This document shows positions 24,267 through 33,948 of a stretch of 33,948 nt of DNA, in pieces. Numbering within the stretch: position 1 is the stretch's first letter; each line of letters begins with the position of its first letter. The notes beneath the pieces are model-generated. The model was given only the letters and a program-made list of their open reading frames with translations, was not told where the DNA came from and searched no databases. This DNA is from Folioceros fuciformis (Eukaryota), in the NCBI GenBank assembly GCA_049999805.1, contig JBNGIO010006220.1:1-33948 (forward strand), given 5' to 3'. The position numbers and the translations under genes are program-made.

Positions 24267-25586
24267 TGCAGGAAAACCAGCTGCTGCGGAGCCAAGGATT
24301 GGCGTAGATAAAAGAAAACGTCTTGCTGTCTGTGTTCTGTGTTGTACATTGTAGGTCAGGTGACAAAGTTTTGCTTCTGCTTTTGTTGGCTAAGAGTTGA
24401 GACTTCAAGCAGGTTTACCCAGCCAGCCCTGGGGCTTTGATTCATGCAGTTGTAGCATGATGTGCGCCACTGTGTCAAGAGGTAATAGGAGGGGGGTGGC
24501 AACAGGTATCTGTTGTGAAGCTGCCTTCCAGGTTGTACACTAGAGCAATAAATTTATCTATTATATAGGTTCTCGGTTGTGACATGTTTTCAGAGCTATG
24601 TTCTGAACGAAACACTACCGGTGCACCCGATGTGAATTTGTAAGACTTACAGTGTGTCACTATGGGGAGCTTTTGTGTCAAAACATTGCATGCACAGGCA
24701 GGTCTTCTTGTGTTCACCGAAAGGAAGCTATCCGGAGGATTTCGCCAACCGCACACTTTCTCCCCTTAGGCTCAACGTTTTCTTCGTTTCGTTTGTCCAT
24801 CGTCCAGGCGTTGGGTAGGGGCCTGGGTTTACGGCCGCGGCGGCTGTACGGTTAGTCTGAAGCCAGAAAAGGCTGTGTCGCCGATGGCACTCACCATCTT
24901 ATCTCATGCCATAGGTTCGTTCCGATGCCCGTTTTGGCGTGATCGCCCCGTGCCCTTAGACGCCTTGGCCAGCAGTCAGGTTTGAGGGTTAGGGCTGGAA
25001 ACTAGCAAGTGCTGTAACATTTGCCTGGTGACGACAGAGGTCGGGCTTCACGGGGAGCAGAAGGCCCTGATTCGTTTCTGAAATGTCACGGAAGGTTGAA
25101 GCTTGTCCGCACCCAATCCCGTGACTCTTGTGTCCAGGCAGCGGCATGTGTGGGAGCTCAGGCGCGCGCTGGGTACGGGCTTCTGAAGCAGCTGCTTGTG
25201 CAATCTGGATCGTAGTGTATGGATGTACAAAGTCTTAAGTTCATGTGCCCTAAACGCCGCACGGCACCGCAGCCGCTCTTGCACTCTCGTGACTTGCAAT
25301 GAGTTTCGTCCCCTTCATTCGTAGGCTGGCCATCCGTGAACCCTGTTGAATGCTTGAGAGACTGCGAGAAGCTTCGCGAGACATGCCCTGATCGAAACTG
25401 CTTCTGTTTGTGACTGCATCACCTCAGTGATCGGCGCCGCTGTTCAGATGCACCGAGGCGAGGCATGCCGAAGGCAGCTGGAGCGGGCTGCCATCGCGTT
25501 GAGGGTTGTTGACGCTGTGTCCCTGTCGTCGTGCTGCCATTCCAGTCCCAGGAACCTCGTAAAGAAGGGTGACAATATTGTTCCGG

Positions 25587-25677
25587 CGGACTCCGGAGAG
25601 CTGGATTTCTTCCAACTGGGCACCGATAGGCATTGCTCCAGTGCCCAGTTGGAACAAATCGAGCTCTTCCGAGTCCG
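25587..25677. ncRNA. Stem-loop, candidate MIRNA precursor
   Basis: Arms 25587-25623 and 25641-25677 pair at 33/37 positions by Watson-Crick pairing, with no bulges and a 17-nt loop. Confidence 0.5.
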
Positions 25678-26035
25678 GCTTTAGTTTGAAATGCGAAGAG
25701 TTAGCCTTCTCCATCCGCTAACGTCCACGGTGAAGAGTCCCTCCACCCTAAGCAGGGTCGAAAATCTACGAGGAAGATACAGAATAGATTTTTATATACC
25801 CTGAGCTTCAGCTCGGTTCTTCCTCCGGCCAGAACCTGCCTCGGGTTTCAGCGGTCTTCCTGGAGCCTTGTAGTAGTTGCTCGTCCCCTGATGGGGGTGT
25901 GGGCTGGCTATCTCCATAGGATGAGGCGTCTTGGCACATGTAGCGGCTGGCTACTTTAGCACCTCAGTTCTCCCAGACCTTTGTCTGTCAAACTCAAACT
26001 TGGTTGGGCTGTTACGATTGATTCCTTTTATGTAG

Positions 26036-26311
26036 ATGACTGTACAAGCTTCTGTGAAAAAAACAGTTTCGGTGCCAGAGGATAGCACTACTGGGGAGAA
26101 CCCATTAGGTGAATTCTTTCGGAAAGTGAAGCGTCGGTTGATCCAACCAGTCTTGCAGCTTTCCATTCCCTTGGTGCTGCTTGCTCTGGCGTATTATTCA
26201 TCCCTTCTCGCACTGTCCTTCATGGGAACGCCATTGATGCTAACTCTGGCTACTGCAGCATACCTCTTCTCAGGCCTCAATTTGACAGGGTTCACTGTAC
26301 CTTGCCGTTAG
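26036..26311 (+). CDS. Possible small membrane protein or coding exon (91 aa)
   Basis: A basic patch (FFRKVKRR) is followed by about 45 hydrophobic residues. The ATG directly follows an acceptor-like ttttatgtag. No homology recognised. Confidence 0.35.
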   Translation: MTVQASVKKTVSVPEDSTTGENPLGEFFRKVKRRLIQPVLQLSIPLVLLALAYYSSLLALSFMGTPLMLTLATAAYLFSGLNLTGFTVPCR

Positions 26312-27303
26312 ACTTTTGTGGGCAAAGCAAGGGATGGCAGCCCCTGTGCCCTGTGGAGCTTCACATCCTGGCGAGACACAACTTGGCAAGCCATCAACGT
26401 GCTCCTGTGTCAGAACTTCCTTGAGACAAGGGCTCCCTCCTGGGCTGCTTCTACCCCGGACTTCTTGTGCAACCATCCGAGACTGCAGGAAGGGTTCCCT
26501 ATGTGGACACCCTTCTGACGCCCAATCCTGACCTGCTCACAGTGGGAGCTGGCAGTGCGGTTGGCAGAAACTCTCTCCTCTTTGGCTATGTGTACGAAGG
26601 AGACAAGGTTGAATTCAAGCTGAATGAGATCTGACAAAGCTGCCATGCTGGACGGCGAGCCCTTGTGCTTTCAGGGCTAAAGATGCATGATGTTGCAGAG
26701 CTCGGAGTTCTGGCACTGGGCATGAAAGGCGAGGCTATTGCTGCTTACTGATTTACAAGGACAGACACAAGGAAAGCAAGGCAAACGTTCTGTTATGGTC
26801 AGACACAAAGACAAACGTTCTGACCACGTCTAACCACATTTCTCACCGTGTCACGGTGACGTCGTGTTCGTGTTCCAGTTTTTTGAAACCATGGGATCAA
26901 AGTATCCCGAGTGGGCGTGACCAATCATTTGGACTACACCAGACTCTTTGGCAAGACATGCTGAAAGCTTCGGAATCTGGGAACGCAGGGGGTGCCAAGG
27001 AAGCTTCCCAACCGGCTCACACAGTGGGCACCTCTAGTGCATCTGCAAGCTCAGCAATATTCCTCGCAAGAAGACACAGCAGATGCCAAAATTCCTTTCA
27101 AAATGCAAGTCCTAAGCAGTTGATGTCCCGACCTGACACTACGTAAGACACTACATACGAACTCTTCGCAGCGGCAGCATAGATAATGACGTAATGGTGG
27201 GATCCAGCGTACAGCGCTCCGTCGACATAATTCACGATGACATGTCTCATAAATTGCCCAGCGCCATGGGTCTTCGTGCACCTGCAGGCTGCCAGCAAAA
27301 TCC

Positions 27304-29497
27304 ATGGCAACTAGAGGAATTGAGTTGTGGGTGGGGTTGTCCTTGGGCTTTCCCTTGTTGTTGATTGCATGGATCTACAACCATTCCCGCACCCTGAAAA
27401 TCAGGAGCAGAAACGCCCAAGTGCCTCCAGGACGATTCTGGCAACTGCCGGTTGTCGGGGACAGTATCCAATTTCTCAGCGGCTCATCAGATGACTTCAT
27501 GGTCCCTCGCCTAAAACAGTGAGGAGGATTTTCATACCTCGAGCTTCAGTCTTGAGTAGTAACCAGTGCTAGCCTCCCAGGTGCTCACTTTGCAAGAAAA
27601 TCGTGATACTTGCTGCGCTGCAGATATGGAAGAGTTTTCAGGACCCATTTGTTTGGGTGTCCAACAATTTGCACTACCACGCTTGAAGCAACAAGATTTG
27701 TGCTTCAGTCCAAGCTTTTCCGCTCAAGCCACACAGCCGCCACTTTGCAGATCGTCGGCAAAAGGTCTATCACTTCGACACACGGGGAGTTGCACGCTCT
27801 TTATCGGAGACTCATTCAAACTCCCATCATTTCGGATTCCCTGAAAGCCTTCACAACTGATATTGATCGAGTTGCAAGAGAGCAGATGCAGGGCTGGGGG
27901 CAGGAAGCAACCATCCGTATTGGAGAGGAGCTGCGAAAGGTGAGCGAACTGATGCTTACGAGCTTCAGATCCTTATCACTCCCCCATGCATGTCCCCGCC
28001 TTTGACAATACGTAACCCGTGGCTTCTTTCTGCAGTTCACTTTCCATGTCGCCTTGCTCTTCACCGTCCACAGCCTGAAAGACCATCCAGACATCGACAG
28101 GCTGAGGACGCTTTTCACAGCAATTGAGCAGGGCTTCTTGGCCGCTCCGATTAACCTTCTTGGGACAACCTTCAGCCGAGCCATTCAGGTGTGACTGCAA
28201 CAACGTACCCGATGCCATCTCTGTTATCCGCTTTCAACGTTGATACAGCTCCGACACGCTGTTCTTGTGCTCACGCTCCTTGGACCCCCAGGCACGCAAG
28301 GAGCTGGTGCAGTGTCTCGCCAAAGAGATCCAAAAGAGGCGGCACAAGGCTGGCAACGTTGTTGAACATCAGGACGTGCTTGACTCCTACTTACAGGCGG
28401 AGGGACCTGAAGGCAAGCTCACCGACGAGCAAGTCACGGACAACATAATAGGCATCTTGTTTGCAGCCCATGACACTTCAGCCACTACGCTCACCTGGGT
28501 TATCCACAACCTGCTGCTCTACCCTGAAGTTCTCCAACAAGTTCAGGTAGTCCTACATGCCTCTTCCCACATCCAAACCCTCAACTCCTGGTATTGCGAC
28601 ATCACAGAACGGCGGATCCAGACTGAATGCGCTAACTTGTGTAATCAGGAGGAGAACGATGCCGTTGCTCGACAAAGAGCGCACATTGACGACCCGATCT
28701 CTCCGGATGATCTTCGAAAACTGACCTACACAAGCAGGGTGGGTACTGCATGTGCCCGTCGTTCTCCTCAAAGATAGATACCACATCCACACCAACTCAG
28801 GCTGTTCCTCACTACCAACACGTACGTGATCACAGGTTATCCAGGAGACTTTCAGAAAAACGAACATTGCGTCTTTCATCATGAGAGAGGCAACGGAGGA
28901 TGTCGTTTTTGACGGTAGGTACAATCCTGAAGTGCCTTCCAATGCAGTGCACCAACAGCAGTTACGACCAACGGGCCTTGAAACGTGCAGGAGTCCTATT
29001 TCCCAAGGGCTGGAAAGTGCTCGCCTGGAACAAATACGTGCATCTGGACCCTGAACGATTCCCGGATCCCCATAAGTTCGATCCTTCCAGATTTGAGGTG
29101 AGCAATCCAGCCTAGATTGATGGGTTGCGAGACAGCATTGTCCTTCACATTATACTGTGCACCTGGTTTCGGCAGAACGTACCCAAACCCAACAGCTTCA
29201 CACCATTTGGAAATGGGCCTAGGGCGTGCCCAGGAAGCGAGCTGGCGAAGCAGGAGATGTTGCTCTTCCTCCATCGCTTTGTGACAAATTACAAGTGAGT
29301 GCACCAGGAGATTGTCGGGCGTCGTTCATACTTGGCCAAACAACGGGGAGTAGCTTAACAGCTGTTCTAAGCTTCTTCTCTTGTGTTGACACAGTTTCAA
29401 GCCCAGCGGGGTGCTGGATCACGCCATACGTTATTGGCCAATGCCCAAACTAAAATCAGGCTTGCCGTTGATTGTCACCCCAAGATCTACCCTTTGA
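27304..29497 (+). CDS. Cytochrome P450, CYP85 clan (CYP707A-like motifs), 9 exons, about 478 aa
   Basis: Exons 27304-27518, 27624-27939, 28036-28188, 28292-28546, 28649-28738, 28836-28914, 28991-29097, 29176-29294, 29395-29497 (1437 nt). N-terminal anchor, PPG hinge, YGRVFRTHLFGCPT, I-helix AAHDTS, ExxR (ETFR), FDPSRF and heme motif PFGNGPRACPG. Confidence 0.96.
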
Positions 29498-30166
29498 CCC
29501 TCGAGTTGGAAACTCGAACTGTTGCGAAACGAATGTCAGCACAGGTATGGGATTCAACCTTGCACACCAACATCGGACCCAAATGTTCACCACGGACCAA
29601 GCTTCCGCATCTTCGAGGCGAAGTTTGAAATATTTATAGTATGTAGGATATTTTTATATTCTAAAAGCTTTACAAAACATTAAAAGAGGGCACTCGTTTT
29701 ATGGTTTAATCCAACTAAACTTTATGGTTTAACCCGCAACCTCTCAAGGTCCCGCCAGGCGCTATTCGTCACTACAAAGTAATTGAAGGCACGAAACCCG
29801 AAGCGCCAGGTCGTCGTGGTCATGTCTTTGTTTGCTGCATGCTAAGCGCAAAGTCGCCGTGGTGTCCATGATCCGAGCTCTAATGACAGAGTACCTGGCC
29901 GTAATGCATGCCGTTCCGGATCACTGTAATCTAACTGCAGCGTTACCGTAACTGTTTGTATTCCAGCTGTATACATCACAAATACCTTGCGCTAGTTACT
30001 TGACAACGCCTTATACCTCACAACGCATATGAAGTTACATTGCGTGGTTGCTTGTGTTTTGATTGGACAGCATAGCAGTGCGCATTGAAAGCAAGCTTCG
30101 TAGTTCACATTCCATAGTGCACGATGAGGATTGATCTCCAAGCGGTGATCGCTCAATTGAAAGAAG

Positions 30167-30658
30167 ATGAGGATTTATCTCCAAGTGGTGATCGCTCAGT
30201 TGGAAGAAGATGAACCTATGCAACTCGGTTACGTGTCGCTGCACATTGTTGTTGAGGATTATGATGCAGGCTCACATGTGTATCGAGGGTGTGTTACTTG
30301 TTTCACAACGATCTCCCCAAATGGTTGGTGCAAAAACTGTAAGGAAGTTGTAAGTGGTAAGCTGCATTATTATTTACGATTGCTGCTTGCAAATTCAAGT
30401 TCCAAGACATGGGCAACCGCTTTCGCAGCCGGAAAAGATTTTATGAGGTTGACTCCAGAGGAGTTCAGTAGGAAAGAAGTGAGAGGAGAAGCATCAACTT
30501 TTCTTAGAAGATTGCAAGGAAGGCATTTCTTTTTCCTCTTCTCCATTAAGATAGCCGCTACTCACCACCTTGCAAGCATTATTATTTTACGAGCTAAGGC
30601 TGTGTATGCGCAAGACTTGTTTCCAACCATTTTTAAAGCTAGGGAGCACACTAGCTAG
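30167..30658 (+). CDS. Stand-alone RPA1 (RPA70) C-terminal zinc/OB-fold-like ORF, probably transposon-borne or a relic
   Basis: YRGCVTC...WCKNC...YYLRLLLANSSSKTWATAF matches the YxACxxC...CxxC...RYxLxxxxxDxTGxxWxxxF pattern of the RPA1 C domain. Intronless, in an AT-rich region. Confidence 0.7.
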   Translation: MRIYLQVVIAQLEEDEPMQLGYVSLHIVVEDYDAGSHVYRGCVTCFTTISPNGWCKNCKEVVSGKLHYYLRLLLANSSSKTWATAFAAGKDFMRLTPEEFSRKEVRGEASTFLRRLQGRHFFFLFSIKIAATHHLASIIILRAKAVYAQDLFPTIFKAREHTS

Positions 30659-30975
30659 ACCACACCTAGGAAAACCATGTTGCGCTGACAGCCCAAGAAC
30701 ACCAAGCATTGAAGGTCTGTCCTTAGGTGTCCTCGACATGGCCATACCCACATCTTCTCATGCAAACATGAATTTACAACTAGCAAACAAACCTTTGTCA
30801 TTGTCTACTACTCTTGTCATTTGCTCCTGCTTATCCATAGTAGGGGCTATAGTGATAATGTCCCTCCCAACTACCACCCTTGCCACTATTTCTCTCATAC
30901 TTTGCCTTGTAGGCATTGCACTGTGCTGGCTTTTGTAAGACTTCCCCACATTTTGTATTTGAAAAATGAAAGATG

Positions 30976-31223
30976 TGGCTTAAAGTGGAAGTGTCGTTTG
31001 TCCATCCATGTAATCATAAAAATGGTATATGTACACACATTCATGATTCTAGCAAACAATAATGAAAGCTACCTAGTTCGATATACCAATGCCAAATCCA
31101 TGGCTTAAAGTGGAAGCACCTTTTTGTCAATCCATGCAATCACAAAATGATATATGTACACACATTCCTGATTCCAGCAAGCAATAACGAAAACTACTTA
31201 GTACGATATACCAATGCCAAATC
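30976..31223. repeat. About 125-bp diverged tandem duplication
   Basis: tggcttaaagtggaag...cgatataccaatgccaaatc at 30976-31100 and 31101-31223. Confidence 0.9.
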
Positions 31224-31744
31224 TAACAGAAACTATGCTTCAGGTGGGTCTGTTCCAACAGCTACATGCTTCATGAATGATCGCTCCTTCGTCTACTTAA
31301 AAAGCTTCCAACTACTTTCGTTTCCCAAAATGCAAGCTTTCTTTTTAAGTTGTTATCAGAATTGGTAGATCAACCAAGGTAGGAAGTGTAGGCAACATGG
31401 TCTTCGCTTCTGCCTCTGCTCTCAATCCCTATAGTTGCCTAATCAATTGTTGGAATAAAGCTGCTGCATGTTGTTGCAAAAAAGGCCACTTTTGTAACAT
31501 GGTTGTTAACTATTGGCACAAAGTTTCCATGTTTGGAGTCGCATCTACTAATTGGCCTACTACTTGTGTGCATGAATGGTCCACTTTGTGCAAGAAGGTA
31601 GTTGCATTGTCTTGCAGCTACAACCCCTTTGTTATGACAAAGAAACTTCTTCCAGAAGTCTGTGCTTACATCTTCAGTAATCAATATGCCAAGTTGTCGA
31701 CAATGTGTTTGAGCTTGAGCAACCTTGGAGTACCTAGCAAGTAA

Positions 31745-33948
31745 CTTGGGAGGGATTCCTACGGAGTGCCATAGGAGCTTGATGGCATCCTTCGCCGTTC
31801 AGTTAACCTCAGTTGGGGAGCCATTGGTTGTCTTTGCTTGATTTTCTGCGCTCACACCAACCACAGGAAAAGGTCCACCGTTGGGAAGTTGAAAAAAGAT
31901 CGAGAAGTAGCCTTCTTGCACCCTAGATGCTTGGGCCACCTGTAGAGATCTGGTCTGAAGGTCAGAGCCCAGTTTTCACCTAATCAGAATTAGCACAAAA
32001 CCTTTGCTTTATCAAAGGTTCGTGGCCCACTTGGGCGTTCGCCAGATGTGCACCACTGCCTTGCCCGAACGGACCTACAGATTACAGAAATAGCCTGCAA
32101 TTCCCCCCCTCGGCCTTCACCGTCGTCCCTACCTTGCACTTCCAGAGAGCCGTCAGGCACAAGACCTTGAACGACTTCAACGTCTCTTTGCCGTCAGCTC
32201 TCGCAAGCCAAATCGCCCTGTCTAGCTCTTATGCTTCGTCCTGTTCATCCTCCTCCTCCGAGTTGACTCCCCTACTATCCATGGAGTAAGCAAACCACCC
32301 TTCCTCGCCTATGGTAGGTTGTTGCCTTAGGATCTGATGCACATTTTCCTCTAGCCCCTCGTGCAACCACGAGAATATGAGTCTGACGTGCCGAGCCCCT
32401 ACGCCAAACTCCCTTCTGACCTCTTTCACCTCCTTCCAGCGGGACTCTGATCTATTCCATAAATGCTCAATCTGGACAATGCCTTTGCGACAAGCCAGCC
32501 CGTAAATTTGTGACCGATATACCCTTGACCTGAACTCCCGTACCCATAACCTTGAGAAGCCCTGCAGAGGAATGCCCAGAACATCATCCAAATGAGAGAA
32601 GTTGCCCGGGATAAGATAATGTTTGACCTCCAAGTAACTGTTCCAGATGGACTTAAAGAGCGGGGAGCATCCTGTAGTATCCAGTAGCGGTTTGTCAGCC
32701 AGAATGTTGTCAATAGACCTCCTACCCCTGGGGACAACTTGGGTGCCGTCCAAGTGCTGTGTTAGCAGACTCTTCCAAGGGTAGTATGCCGGATCTGCTG
32801 CCCTGACAACCCATTAAGCATGCAAAACTTTCATCTTGGCAACTAGGTCCACCACCCCTAGGCCCCCCATTCCACGTGCCTGAATAATATGCTGCCAAGC
32901 CACTTTAGAACACCCAGCCATACCATCCCCCAAACGTTTCCACAGGAAAGAGGTCAGCACCTGTTGTAAGCGCTTCACCTCTGTCTTAGAAGGCGCCCAC
33001 AAAAACAGAAAGTACCATAAAGAGGTTGTAAGGATATGGTTGATCAACACTAGCCTACCTGCCAAGTTGAGCTCCAGCAATTGTAAACTAGCCGCTTTGC
33101 GAATGAACCTAAGGCAGACATACTTCCCAATCTCCCCATTCTCCTCCCCCTCTTGAAAAGGAAGTCCCAAATACTTGTGAGAAGAGCCCAGGGTCACTCG
33201 CTTGATGTGGTTAATACACTAAGGGGGTTCCCCCTCCATGTGCAGACACATCATGCGCGTCCTGTTCCAATGTACCTTGCAGCCCGAGAGTTCACCAAAG
33301 ACCTTGACCTGTTGGAGCAACGCTTTCAATGGAGCCTCCTCCGCCGAGGAAAAGAGGAGCGTATCATCTGCAAATGCAGAGACCCTTAGTTGTGTTCCAT
33401 TTGGGTTCTGAATACCCACCACTGCCAGGTCCTGCTTGACTACTCTGAGGAAGAAGTCAGTAACAATAATAAATAAGAATGGAGCAAGGGGGCAACCCTG
33501 ACGTACCGACCAAGAGATTCCAAAGCATTCCGTAAAGGATCCATTAACAGACACCTTGTCGCCTGCGTCTTCACACAGAATGGCTATCCATCTGCAGAAG
33601 TTATTCCCGAACCCGAAACTATGTAGGCATCGCCACAGGAAGTGCCACTCAACTGAATCATACGCCTTGTAAAAATCAAGGGAAATGAAGACAGCGACTT
33701 TCTTCTGTACCTGGGTGTTGTACTTAGCTTCCCTCAGGAGTAGAAGGTTATCTAGGATGCACCTATTTTGAATGAATCCTCGCTGCTCTTTCTCAATCCA
33801 ATCATCAAGAAATGGAGTGATTCGGTTAGCCAACACCTTAGCAATCACCTTGTATGTGGTAGTGAGCAGGGTAATCGGGCGCCAATTGGAGATTGATAGA
33901 CTGGCGTCTTGCTTAGGGAGCAAGGAGATAACCCCCATGTTGAACCAA
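31745..33948 (-). mobile_element. Second copy of the same L1-clade LINE (ORF2 RT region), 3'-truncated, continuing beyond the window
   Basis: Colinear with about 2659-4823 at roughly 90% identity by eye. ORF 33219-33938 has LLPK, NWRPITLLTTTYKVIAK, SLDFYKAYDSVEW, RQGCPLAP and FADD. Downstream stops are present. Confidence 0.95.

Noticed and set aside
25649-25668. Assignment of the hairpin to miR159/miR319
   Set aside because: Five of the seven central bases differ, and the precursor lacks the long stem typical of that family.
29770-29779. CACTACAAAG as a CACTA transposon terminus
   Set aside because: I saw no matching inverted terminus, subterminal repeats or transposase.

Overview
Eukaryotic nuclear DNA from a land plant. 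GT-AG introns of about 100 bp, plant gene families and PLS-type PPR remnants suggest a compact non-seed plant such as a hornwort or lycophyte (inference only). Positions 1-13.7 kb are a nested transposon block. Its core is a minus-strand L1-clade LINE (1880-12215) with both ends present and a 15-bp target-site duplication. Its ORF1 spans about 6.3 kb (about 2100 codons) and abuts ORF2 in frame as TAA-ATG. Most of its endonuclease region is replaced by an LTR fragment whose relative lies inverted at the window start. A 21-bp minisatellite and a probable 1.2-kb solo LTR follow. The gene-rich half holds an 8-exon KT/HAK/KUP K+ transporter, a probable unidentified small-exon gene on the minus strand, two convergent PPR remnants and a secreted root-cap-family protein with a GDPH motif. 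It also holds a 37-bp-stem pre-miRNA-like hairpin, a 9-exon CYP85-clan P450, a stand-alone RPA1 C-terminal domain ORF and a second, 3'-truncated copy of the LINE that runs off the window end. Most short ORFs in the supplied track are antisense or shadow frames.
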